From Candidatus Anstonellales archaeon (GTDB taxonomy: Archaea; Micrarchaeota; Micrarchaeia; Anstonellales; J096), in contig JAWAFI010000001.1 of assembly GCA_038890615.1 (NCBI GenBank), forward strand, positions 465,536 through 529,535: DNA of 64,000 nt, in the 5' to 3' direction. Below the pieces are notes generated by a model, which worked only from the letters and a program-made list of their open reading frames with translations, ran no database searches and was not told the DNA's origin. The translations under genes and the position numbers were made by a program. The stretch's first letter is position 1. Every line of letters starts with the position of its first letter. Positions 36,370 to 45,000 of the stretch are shown here, piece by piece.

Positions 36370-37593
36370 ATGGCATCGCTTGCAGAATTACAAGGCACTT
36401 TGCTTGCCCAGCTCATGCCTGCCTATGCAGCCCTCTACAATTACGAGCCGCTTGCTCAGTCGCAGGTATGCGGCGACCCTGCTGGCTTTGTGAATTCCCT
36501 TATGCCCCCTGTTGGGGAGGTCCTGCTCCTTTCAGTGGCTATAATTGTTTTCCTATACCTGCTTTCAAGGATCCTGGCAAACCCAATGCTGGAATCATAC
36601 GTGAAGCTTGAGCTCCAAGAGATTCTCATAACCTGCCTTATATTCATATTCTTTGGGCTGATGATACCTATCCCATGCGTTCCTGCATCTTTCCTTAGCG
36701 TGCCCCCGGCTTATTCATCGAACACAATGATTCTTGATGGAGCTGTCTACCTTTCAGAGGTAGGGTCAAACTACCTGCTGCTCGGCTACTTCTTCTCAAC
36801 GCTTATGTATTACATAATATCCTTTTACTCTGTAATAATAAACGCTGCGCCCCTTGTTGGGACAGTAGTTGCGCCATTGCAGGGGCTTTCAGCAGTAATA
36901 TCCCCTGTGTTCTCAACAGTTGCCACTACCTTAGGCACTGGCGTAGTAATAAACTTCGCCTACCTGCTATTCTATGATTTCATGACCTACTCTTTCTTGA
37001 AGGCAATGCTACCTATAGGGCTCTTGCTGAGGTGCTTCACGATCACAAAGAAGGCAGGGAGCGCAATAATAGCGCTCTGCCTTTCATTCTATGTGCTGTT
37101 CCCATTCCTGCTTACTTTGGAGCATTCCATTGTAATGAACTCAGGCTATGGAAATTCATTAAACATGATACTTAGGAACGTCTGGTCAACTACTAAATAT
37201 GTAAGTGATGCAATAATACCCGGCCCATCTAAGCTTGAGCCAGGAGAGGAGCTTAAAGAATGGATAGAAAAAGGCGCCAATCCAATAATCTATGGCCTTG
37301 GGACCGCTCCTTTCCTTGCGACATTTGTTTTCCAGTTTGTTGCTGCCCTTGGCTTTATGCCAATAACAAAGCTGATAGCCCCTGCAGTGCTTGGCCAATG
37401 GATGGCATCAATAGTTGCAATACCTGCGCACATGATTGCTGCGGAGATGCTTATAACCACTTCAGTGTACGTTTTCATCAACTCAGTGATATTCCCTGCA
37501 CTAAACACGCTCGTGCTCGTTGGCGCTGCGGCATCCTTTGCCCAGCTGCTAGGAGTTCAGCTTGATGTTTCAAACCTTACGAGGCTGATATGA
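36370..37593 (+). CDS. Paralogous polytopic membrane protein, member 5 of 6
   Basis: It has the motif MLPIGLLLRCFTITKKAGSAIIALCLSFYVLFPFL and the tail ...SNLTRLI. It overlaps the next start by ATGA. Confidence 0.6.
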   Translation: MASLAELQGTLLAQLMPAYAALYNYEPLAQSQVCGDPAGFVNSLMPPVGEVLLLSVAIIVFLYLLSRILANPMLESYVKLELQEILITCLIFIFFGLMIPIPCVPASFLSVPPAYSSNTMILDGAVYLSEVGSNYLLLGYFFSTLMYYIISFYSVIINAAPLVGTVVAPLQGLSAVISPVFSTVATTLGTGVVINFAYLLFYDFMTYSFLKAMLPIGLLLRCFTITKKAGSAIIALCLSFYVLFPFLLTLEHSIVMNSGYGNSLNMILRNVWSTTKYVSDAIIPGPSKLEPGEELKEWIEKGANPIIYGLGTAPFLATFVFQFVAALGFMPITKLIAPAVLGQWMASIVAIPAHMIAAEMLITTSVYVFINSVIFPALNTLVLVGAAASFAQLLGVQLDVSNLTRLI

Positions 37594-38573
37594 TGCTGAT
37601 GATCTGGCTCAACATTTCGATTGCAATAATAGCGACGATTTTCATAGCCTCCCTCTTAGTATATATGATAGGGAAGGGGTTTATGATCCCCCAGCTGGAG
37701 TCCATTGCAAAGAAGGAAATGATATATGTGGTCTCCACTGTGCTCCTGCTCATATTCATAGAGTTGCTAGTGGTAGAGCTTGAAGGAATGCTAGTGGCAA
37801 TAATGGAGCCATACATAACACAGCTTCTTGCTGTATACGGCCAGCCAGCCCCTTCAGGCCAGCTTACGCTCATAGACATGAGCATAATGTTTATGGGAGG
37901 CCCATACAACTGCCTTGTGACTAAAATACTTCCGCCAGTGGCAGCGCTTGCATCCGACTTAAGCACAATATTCAAGGCAAAGGTTGAGGTTCCAATGCCC
38001 AACCCAAGCGGCTTTGGCGGGGTGGGGAACATCCTTGACCTCCTAAATTACTTCATAGGTGCATCTGTTGTTTTTGTTCTTGCTTATTTCTTCCTTACAA
38101 ACCTATTGCTGCTTTTCAAGCACCTTTCACTTCCATTGTTCATCCCGCTTGGCATAATATTAAGGGCATTTTCACCTACAAGGGGAGCAGGTGCATACAT
38201 ACTTGCCTTTTCAATAGTAGGTTACTTTGTAATGCCTCTTACGTACTCCATAATTTCCCTTATATTGGGGATTTCTTTTGGCGCAGCAGGGATTTGCCAG
38301 CCAATAGACATACCACCCTACCTCCTTATGACGCTGAATTCAGGCAGCCCGCAGACAGAAGCAGAGCAGATGGCCATAAGGACTCTCCAGTCATCAGGGG
38401 TGATGAGCAATGTGGCAGATTCAATAGATAAGATAATAATGGGGCTCTTCATGTACCTCTGCTCAATACCTTTCATAACCCTTACCGTAGGTCTTACAAC
38501 AGTCCTTTTCCTTTCTGCTGTGTTTGGGATAAACCTGCCTGAGGTAGGAAGGGGGCTAGTGAAGCTTATTTGA
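37590..38573 (+). CDS. Paralogous polytopic membrane protein, member 6 of 6
   Basis: It has the motif FIPLGIILRAFSPTRGAGAYILAFSIVGYFVMPL and the tail ...RGLVKLI. It ends 59 nt before the tuf start. Confidence 0.6.
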   Translation: MMLMIWLNISIAIIATIFIASLLVYMIGKGFMIPQLESIAKKEMIYVVSTVLLLIFIELLVVELEGMLVAIMEPYITQLLAVYGQPAPSGQLTLIDMSIMFMGGPYNCLVTKILPPVAALASDLSTIFKAKVEVPMPNPSGFGGVGNILDLLNYFIGASVVFVLAYFFLTNLLLLFKHLSLPLFIPLGIILRAFSPTRGAGAYILAFSIVGYFVMPLTYSIISLILGISFGAAGICQPIDIPPYLLMTLNSGSPQTEAEQMAIRTLQSSGVMSNVADSIDKIIMGLFMYLCSIPFITLTVGLTTVLFLSAVFGINLPEVGRGLVKLI

Positions 38574-38632
38574 GCCCAGCGAAACATTTAAAAATATTGG
38601 CGACTATGCTTTTCCAGCTAAAGGTGTTTTCT
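38574..38632 (+). promoter_or_regulatory. tuf promoter and RBS (TATA-like catttaaaaatatt at 38584-38597; SD aggtg at 38622-38626)
   Basis: An A/T box and SD lie immediately upstream of the MAKKEH ATG at 38633. Confidence 0.4.
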
Positions 38633-39904
38633 ATGGCGAAAAAGGAGCACTTAAATGTAGTGTTCATTGGACATGTTGATGCAGGCAAGTCAACAACAGT
38701 GGGAAGGATGCTGCTTGACACAGGTAAGATAAGCCAGCAGGTTATAGACAAGCTGAGGGAAGAGGCAGAGAGGCTCGGAAAAGCAACATTTGAATTTGCT
38801 TTCTTGATGGACACCCTTAAGGAGGAGAGGGAAAGGGGTGTTACCATTGATGTTTCTCACCAAGAGTTTGAGACAGACAAGTTTTACATAACCATTATAG
38901 ATGCCCCTGGCCACAGGGACTTCGTAAAGAATATGATAACAGGCACTAGCCAAGCAGATGCTGCAGTGCTAGTGGTTTCTGCAAAAGACGGGGTGCAGCC
39001 CCAGACAAAGGAGCACGCCTTCTTGGCGAAAGTTCTTGGGGTAAACCAGCTCATAGTGCTTATGAACAAGATGGACGCAGTTGATTACAAAGAAGATGTG
39101 TACAAGAAGGTTAAGGCAGAGGTAGAGGCGCTCCTAAAGTCTATAGGGTATGACCCAAGCAAGGTGCCTTTTGTTGCAGGCTCCTCTTTTGCAGGGGAGA
39201 ACATAGGAAAGCCAGGCACCAAGATGCCATGGTACAAGGGGCCAACGCTTTATCAGGCGCTTGATTCACTTTCAGTTCCTGTTGCACCGGTTGACAAGCC
39301 CCTTAGGATACCAGTGGAGGATGTCCTTACCATTACTGGCCATGGAACTGTAATTGTAGGAAGGGTTGAGACAGGCAGGCTCAAGCCAGGCGACAACATA
39401 GTAATAAACCCAGGAGGGATTAAAACAGACGTAAAGAGAATAGAGATGCACCACCAGGAGCTAAAGGAAGCAGTTGCAGGAGACAATATAGGGTTTAATG
39501 TGAAAGGGGTTGATAAGGGTGCAATAAAAAGAGGGTTTGTGGTAGGAGCTCCAGGGGCAGAGCCTACAGTTGCAGAGGAATTCACAGCCCAGATAGTTGT
39601 GCTTAACCACCCAACTGCCATAAGCGTTGGCTACACCCCTGTATTCCATGTCAGGACAGCACAGTTCCCTGCAACAATAGTTGAGATACTGGAAAAGAAG
39701 GATCCTAAGTCAGGCGAAGTGCTGCAGAAGAACCCAGACCACATAAAAACAGGGGATGCAGCTGTAATAAGGGTGAAGCCTCTTAAGAGCGTAGTTGTTG
39801 AAAAGTTCCAGCAGTTCCCTGGGCTAGGAAGGTTTGCCATAAGGGATATGGGCCAGACTGTTGCAGCAGGCATAGTTTTGGATGTAAAGCCAAAGCAACA
39901 GTGA
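38633..39904 (+). CDS. tuf: Translation elongation factor 1-alpha (EF-1alpha / aEF-Tu)
   Basis: It has MAKKEHLNVVFIGHVDAGKST, DAPGHRDF and NKMD GTPase motifs. The true start is the internal ATG of the listed ORF 38570. Confidence 0.95.
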   Translation: MAKKEHLNVVFIGHVDAGKSTTVGRMLLDTGKISQQVIDKLREEAERLGKATFEFAFLMDTLKEERERGVTIDVSHQEFETDKFYITIIDAPGHRDFVKNMITGTSQADAAVLVVSAKDGVQPQTKEHAFLAKVLGVNQLIVLMNKMDAVDYKEDVYKKVKAEVEALLKSIGYDPSKVPFVAGSSFAGENIGKPGTKMPWYKGPTLYQALDSLSVPVAPVDKPLRIPVEDVLTITGHGTVIVGRVETGRLKPGDNIVINPGGIKTDVKRIEMHHQELKEAVAGDNIGFNVKGVDKGAIKRGFVVGAPGAEPTVAEEFTAQIVVLNHPTAISVGYTPVFHVRTAQFPATIVEILEKKDPKSGEVLQKNPDHIKTGDAAVIRVKPLKSVVVEKFQQFPGLGRFAIRDMGQTVAAGIVLDVKPKQQ

Positions 39905-39908
39905 TGGG

Positions 39909-40214
39909 ATGAGCCAGGCAAGGATACTCCTTACAGGAGAGAGCCCAAAAGACATTGAGAGCGTAATATCCCAGATAGTTGAGATAGCAAAGGCCCTTGA
40001 CATGAAAGTCAAGGGCCCTGTCGCGCTTCCAAGGAAGAAGCTTAAAATTGTGACAAGGAGGACTCCTTGCGGTGACGGCTCAGACACCTACGAGACATGG
40101 GAGAAGAGGCTTTCCAAAAGGTTCATAGATGTAGAAGGAAGCGAGAAGGTAATAAAGCAGATACTCAGGGTTAAGGTGCCAGAGGGCGTTTTCGTAAAGA
40201 TACTGCTTAAATAA
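39909..40214 (+). CDS. rps10: 30S ribosomal protein S10 (uS10)
   Basis: RILLTGESPKDIESVISQIVEIAKALDMKVKGPVALPRKKLKIVTRRTPCGDG is the S10 signature. tuf-rps10 gene order is conserved. Confidence 0.9.
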   Translation: MSQARILLTGESPKDIESVISQIVEIAKALDMKVKGPVALPRKKLKIVTRRTPCGDGSDTYETWEKRLSKRFIDVEGSEKVIKQILRVKVPEGVFVKILLK

Positions 40215-40423
40215 ATTGCTCTCTTCTTGTTTTCTCCCAGGTTTTCAAGAAGTCCTTAAATCGCTTTTTGTCAGTTTCTTTCCAAGGAGCCAGATCAACT
40301 GCATCATATAAGCTCACACCTTTTTCTTCAGCTATTTCTGTTAGCTTTGCAAATGCCTGGCCTGGGGGATTGCACAATATACCGACAACATAGATTTATT
40401 AATATTAAGCTTTAATCAAATAT

Positions 40424-41215
40424 ATGGGTATTTTTTGGAAAAAAAATAAGAAAGAGGAAAATCAAAAGCCAAGAAGGAAACCTTTCAATACCTTTCAGGT
40501 TTCAGAGAAAATCCCTACAGAAGAAGAACTCAAAGAGGAATTTAGGGGGCTTTACAGCTTTATACTACTAGAAAGAGTTAGGGCTAGAAATTTGTCAGAT
40601 CCAGCTGTAACAAAGGAAGCAATTGAGAGGGCAAGGGAAGGAATAGAAAACTTCCCTTCTTCAGAATCATCCGCTAAGCACATCTCATCTTCATTCAAGC
40701 TGCTTTATGAATATACTGAGAAACTCCCTCACTATCTTTCCAATGCTGATTTGCTTGCCATCTTAAGCTGCATCTTGGCTTACAAAAAACACCTATTATC
40801 CTCAGATAATGGCGAAGAGCACAAAAAAGTTATTTCTTTGATAGAGCTTATTCTCAAAAGGATGGGCAAATTGTTTTTAGAAAGAAGCAAAGATTGGAAG
40901 CTAACAAGGAGGATAGGGCAAAATCCTGACATAGAAAAGGTGAATAAATTGCTTTCTTGCCAACTTGAGCTTATTCCTCAGAAAAGCATGCCTACTGACT
41001 TTAATGTAAGCAAACAAAACTTAGAGAAGGTTTTTGGTGCGCTTGAGCGCTCAGCAGAGATATCAGCTCAGCTGCTAAGCATGCCAGAAGAAGAGCTAAG
41101 CAAGGACAGCAAAGGATATGGGGAATCATTAGGCCTTATTTCAGAAATATTTTTAAGGGCCTCCAATGCCTTTTCTCGGTATAAAATATCTGAGGTAATC
41201 CAAAAGCATTTTTAA
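40424..41215 (+). CDS. Hypothetical alpha-helical protein, 263 aa, in a visibly AT-richer block
   Basis: It is a long ORF with no recognisable domain. A sharp drop in GC is visible from about 40230 to about 41230. Confidence 0.4.
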   Translation: MGIFWKKNKKEENQKPRRKPFNTFQVSEKIPTEEELKEEFRGLYSFILLERVRARNLSDPAVTKEAIERAREGIENFPSSESSAKHISSSFKLLYEYTEKLPHYLSNADLLAILSCILAYKKHLLSSDNGEEHKKVISLIELILKRMGKLFLERSKDWKLTRRIGQNPDIEKVNKLLSCQLELIPQKSMPTDFNVSKQNLEKVFGALERSAEISAQLLSMPEEELSKDSKGYGESLGLISEIFLRASNAFSRYKISEVIQKHF

Positions 41216-41246
41216 CCTTGCTTTCTTAACTAAAACGGGTGGTTTT

Positions 41247-41408
41247 ATGGAGAAGGTGTATGGAAAGCTAATCTTCAACGATGGCAACAATATCTCTATG
41301 CGCGAAGGGGAGATATCCTTTGGCAACGAAGCCTTCGTTAAAGTAGAATCCAACGGAAAGGTTGAGTGGATAAACACCCGCTCTGTTGTAAGGATAGAAA
41401 AGCTCTAA
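41247..41408 (+). CDS. Small hypothetical protein (53 aa), not in ORF track
   Basis: Own translation: MEKVYGKLIFNDGNNISMREGEISFGNEAFVKVESNGKVEWINTRSVVRIEKL. An SD-like gggtgg sits 5 nt upstream. Confidence 0.3.
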   Translation: MEKVYGKLIFNDGNNISMREGEISFGNEAFVKVESNGKVEWINTRSVVRIEKL

Positions 41409-41426
41409 ATAGGAGGAAAGGGAAAA

Positions 41427-42026
41427 ATGAGGTACAGCGCAACGCTCTTAGGGCTAATAGCATTCTGCTTCCTGCTCCAGCTCTTGATTCCAGGGCTTAC
41501 AGAGGCGCTTTATTTTGAGCCATCCAAGGTCTTCTCAGAACCGTGGAGATGGATAAGCAGCATGTTCCTCCATGGGGGGTTCATGCACATATTCTTAAAT
41601 GGTTTTGCTCTGCTCATGTTCGGGCCCATAGTAGAAAGGAAGCTTTCAGCCAGCCAGTTCTTGGCTCTTTATTTTGCCTCAGGCATAGCTGGCTCCCTCT
41701 TTTATTACCTAAGCATAGTTGCAGGGATAATCCCTCCTATCCCTGCGTTGGGGGCAAGCGGAGCAATATATGGCATTCTCGGCGCAGCAGCAGTCCTTTT
41801 TCCAGATATGGTAGTGTATACATACTTTGTCCCATTAAGGATGAGATATGCAGCAATCCTATGGGCTTTCTTAGCCCTAATAGGCTCTTTTGATGCAGGC
41901 TCTGGAATTGCCAGCGCAGCCCATCTTGGGGGCCTTGTAGTAGGCTACCTTATGGCTAAGCACTACAAAAGTAAGGAGGATGACCTCATTTATTTTTACC
42001 AAGAAATTCCGCCAGAAGTGCTTTAG
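41427..42026 (+). CDS. Rhomboid-family intramembrane serine protease
   Basis: It has the catalytic GASGAIYG serine motif, the AHLGG histidine, 6 TM helices, and the rhomboid FLHGGFMH motif. Confidence 0.8.
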   Translation: MRYSATLLGLIAFCFLLQLLIPGLTEALYFEPSKVFSEPWRWISSMFLHGGFMHIFLNGFALLMFGPIVERKLSASQFLALYFASGIAGSLFYYLSIVAGIIPPIPALGASGAIYGILGAAAVLFPDMVVYTYFVPLRMRYAAILWAFLALIGSFDAGSGIASAAHLGGLVVGYLMAKHYKSKEDDLIYFYQEIPPEVL

Positions 42027-42477
42027 CTTTTTTGCTCATCCTCTTTTTTGCGTATTCCTCAAATTCTCTCTCAACCCTGTATTCGTGTGCTTGGAGCACC
42101 ATGTCCAAAAGGTTCATGTCCCTTACAAACTTGGCAAGCTTTGTCTTGCCTTCCCTATATTCTTTCATCAGCTTAACCCCATCCTTGCCAATCAGGGGCT
42201 CAATCTCCTTTTCTGCCTTCCTTTCAAGCGAGTCCTTCTCCTTGCTTTTTGCGTCAAAAGGTGTTATGTCGCCTGTGATTGCCTCTGCCAAGTCATGCAG
42301 AAGGGCCATTTCCACTGCCTTCTCTCTGTTTGCCTTAAACTCCTTTGCAAATGCATAGCAGAGGACTGCAGTGCTGAAAGAGTGGTCTGCAATGCTCTCA
42401 ACCTCTGCCTTTATGTGCCTGGTCCACCCTCTTCTCTCTGTTTTCTTAAGGGCTAAGATTATTTTCCAGATGCTCAT
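41986..42477 (-). CDS. YfbR-like HD-domain 5'-(deoxy)nucleotidase (start moved to MSIWKII, overlapping the rbcL stop by ATGA)
   Basis: RRGWTRHIKAEVESIADHSFSTAVLCYAFA...ALLHDLAEAITGDITPFD matches the H...HD...D metal site of the YfbR/HDDC2 family. Confidence 0.75.
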   Translation of the reverse strand: MSIWKIILALKKTERRGWTRHIKAEVESIADHSFSTAVLCYAFAKEFKANREKAVEMALLHDLAEAITGDITPFDAKSKEKDSLERKAEKEIEPLIGKDGVKLMKEYREGKTKLAKFVRDMNLLDMVLQAHEYRVEREFEEYAKKRMSKKAKALLAEFLGKNK

Positions 42478-43739
42478 ATTTTCTTGTGCCAAAGGTAGTA
42501 CACCTGCTTCCCTCCCCATTTTTCGAGTGCAACTGCAAGCTCCTTGCATTCCTTTGCCTTTTCCTTAAGTGTTATGCCTTCTGCCACTGCATCTACTGCT
42601 GCCCTCATTGCTTTAGCCCCTGCTTCTGTGCCTTGCGGATGGCCATGCACCCCTCCCCCTCCTTGGAAAACAAAATCAGTTGAGTTGAAGGCATTCACAA
42701 CATCATAAACCTTGGTTGGATATAGGCCTCCTGAGGCAACAGGGAAAACTGGCTTTATGCCATTCTTCCTTTCAACCAAAGAGGAGTATTGTTTCCTTAC
42801 TTCTTCTTTATTAGCATGCATCTTTCCTGCACCATGGTCTATATGGAGCTGGTCAACCCCCATTAGCCTGAATATCTTCGCCCAAACATGCATCTTTACC
42901 ATATTGCCCCCTCCTTCTGTGAATACACCATGCATAGCCCTGTGAGCATGGATTGGCAGTATGTTTTGGTCCCTTACCATCTGCACTGCAGAGAAGCCGC
43001 AGGTGAAGAGGTCAAGCATAATCATGTTGCCTCCATGCTCCTTAACGAAATCTGCCCTTTTCAGCATCACATCTGCATTTGCTGTTATGTTAGGGGAGTA
43101 AAGCTTTTTCTCCCCTGTTTCTTCCTCTGCCCTGTCAAGCGCCTCCAATGTCTTCACAACCCTTTCCTCAAACTTGCAGAACTTCTGGTCTGTAAGGTTC
43201 TCATCATCCTTTACGAAGTCAATGCCTCCTCTCCATGCCATCTCTGCCACTTCTGCGAATTTCTTTGCGCTAAGCCCAAGCTTTGGCTTTATTATAGTGC
43301 CAACATGGGGCCTCCTGCTCTTCGTTGTCCCAAGATACCTTCTAATCCCTTCCATCCCTTCCTTTGGGCCAGGGAACTTTTTTTCGTACTTTTGGGGCAA
43401 ATAGATGTCATCAAGCACAAGCCAATCTGCCTCTTTAACCCCAAAGACATTGCCAGAAATAGATGATAGCAGCTGAGGGATGCTTCTTTTCTCAAAGAGC
43501 CCAATAGGATATGCTATAGCCATGCTCACTACGCCCTTTTCCTTCCTCAGCTTGAAGACCTTTGCTCCAAACTTTTCTACAATCTGCCTTGAAGATGTCC
43601 ATACCTCTGTCCATGTCCCCACTGAGCTTTCTGCTGCTATAATCTCTGCTATCTTTTCAGCAGGCTGGGAGCTCTTAGCCCTGAAGAAAACCACCAGATG
43701 CTCATCATCCGGCTCAAAACCAAGCTTTATGTAGCCCAT
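42474..43739 (-). CDS. rbcL: Ribulose-1,5-bisphosphate carboxylase large subunit, form III (archaeal type)
   Basis: It has GGIDFVKDDENL (carbamylated Lys in KDDE), IHAHRAMHG and GGGVHGHP loop 6. It is 421 aa, and no small subunit is present. Confidence 0.95.
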   Translation of the reverse strand: MGYIKLGFEPDDEHLVVFFRAKSSQPAEKIAEIIAAESSVGTWTEVWTSSRQIVEKFGAKVFKLRKEKGVVSMAIAYPIGLFEKRSIPQLLSSISGNVFGVKEADWLVLDDIYLPQKYEKKFPGPKEGMEGIRRYLGTTKSRRPHVGTIIKPKLGLSAKKFAEVAEMAWRGGIDFVKDDENLTDQKFCKFEERVVKTLEALDRAEEETGEKKLYSPNITANADVMLKRADFVKEHGGNMIMLDLFTCGFSAVQMVRDQNILPIHAHRAMHGVFTEGGGNMVKMHVWAKIFRLMGVDQLHIDHGAGKMHANKEEVRKQYSSLVERKNGIKPVFPVASGGLYPTKVYDVVNAFNSTDFVFQGGGGVHGHPQGTEAGAKAMRAAVDAVAEGITLKEKAKECKELAVALEKWGGKQVYYLWHKKI

Positions 43740-43789
43740 AATTACCCCTATTGCTTTTGAACTTCAATTATTAAAAAGATTATTAAGCA

Positions 43790-44998
43790 CTAGCCAGTTA
43801 TTAAAGGCTTAAGGAGCCTTAATATCTGGGGCCTTCCAGCCACAACCTTGGCAACTACTGGCGCATAGTCCCCTTTCATAACCAAGTCAAGCTCAGGGGC
43901 TCCAATCTCTCCTATTATGTGGTTAAGGTCATCATCGCTTATGTGCTCAAGCACCTTTCTCAGCCTTAGCCTCTTCTCATACTTCTTACCTGCTGTTTCT
44001 TTCCACGCCCTCTCATATTCTCTGAGGAGGTTGGCAGAGAAGTCCTTCTTTTCAAATGCTTTTGCAGCAGTAGAGGCAGCAAGAACCCCTGCCTCCATTG
44101 CCATTGCTATCCCCCCGCCATGTATTGGGTCCACCTGCCTTGCAGCAGTGCCTATCACCATAAAGTTGTCCTTTACAAATTCATCAAGCAAACCCCCTAC
44201 GCTTATCACACCTCCAAAATCTTCCAATGTTGAAGCATCCCTTAGCTGGGGATGGTTTTCTATGAACCTGTCAAGCAAGGGCTTTGGAGCAGCCCCAGGA
44301 ATGCCACCTAGCTTTTTCCACTTGTCAAGCATAGCCCCTATGCCTATGCCAACGTTTGCCTTCCTGCTTGCCTTAGGGAATATCCAAACATAGCCTCTCG
44401 GTGCTATTTCATTGCCAAAGTATAACTCTATTAAATTCTCGTGGTCATATGGCTTCATCTCGTATTCATAGCAGGTGTCAACATCATATAGCCTTGCCAC
44501 TGCCTTAAACCCTGCTTTCCTTGCTAGCCATGCCTCCATTCCTTCAGCAGAAACAATGAGCTTGGCCCTTATCTCATCTTCTTTTTCATTGTGCCTTATC
44601 TTTACCCCTGCAATCTTTCCATTTTCTTTTATCAATTCATAAGCCTCTGTATACATCCTTACCTTTGCGCCAGCATCTATTGCAAGCTCTGCTAGCCACT
44701 TGTCAAAGAAGCGCCTCTCCAAAACCCATCCTTTGGTGTCTTTTCCTTTCCATACAATTGATTTCCCATTAGGTGCGACAACTTTCGCCCCTACTATTTC
44801 AGTGGAGTAGACCTGCTTTGGCAAATCAAGCCCTTCTTTTATCACCTCCCTTTCGCCCAGCCCTTCACCGCACCTTACAGGTATGCCGACATCTTTCCTC
44901 TTGTCAACCACTATTACCCCAAGCCCGCTCTTTGCAGCAACCCTTGCAAAAGTGGAGCCAGCAGGCCCTGCCCCTATTACTACTATGTCAGCCTCCAT
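43790..44998 (-). CDS. ggr: Digeranylgeranylglycerophospholipid (geranylgeranyl) reductase (start moved to MEADIVVIGAG)
   Basis: It has the FAD-binding VVIGAGPAGS, a GGR-family C-terminal domain, and is about 400 aa. Confidence 0.9.
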   Translation of the reverse strand: MEADIVVIGAGPAGSTFARVAAKSGLGVIVVDKRKDVGIPVRCGEGLGEREVIKEGLDLPKQVYSTEIVGAKVVAPNGKSIVWKGKDTKGWVLERRFFDKWLAELAIDAGAKVRMYTEAYELIKENGKIAGVKIRHNEKEDEIRAKLIVSAEGMEAWLARKAGFKAVARLYDVDTCYEYEMKPYDHENLIELYFGNEIAPRGYVWIFPKASRKANVGIGIGAMLDKWKKLGGIPGAAPKPLLDRFIENHPQLRDASTLEDFGGVISVGGLLDEFVKDNFMVIGTAARQVDPIHGGGIAMAMEAGVLAASTAAKAFEKKDFSANLLREYERAWKETAGKKYEKRLRLRKVLEHISDDDLNHIIGEIGAPELDLVMKGDYAPVVAKVVAGRPQILRLLKPLITG

Positions 44999-45000
44999 AA

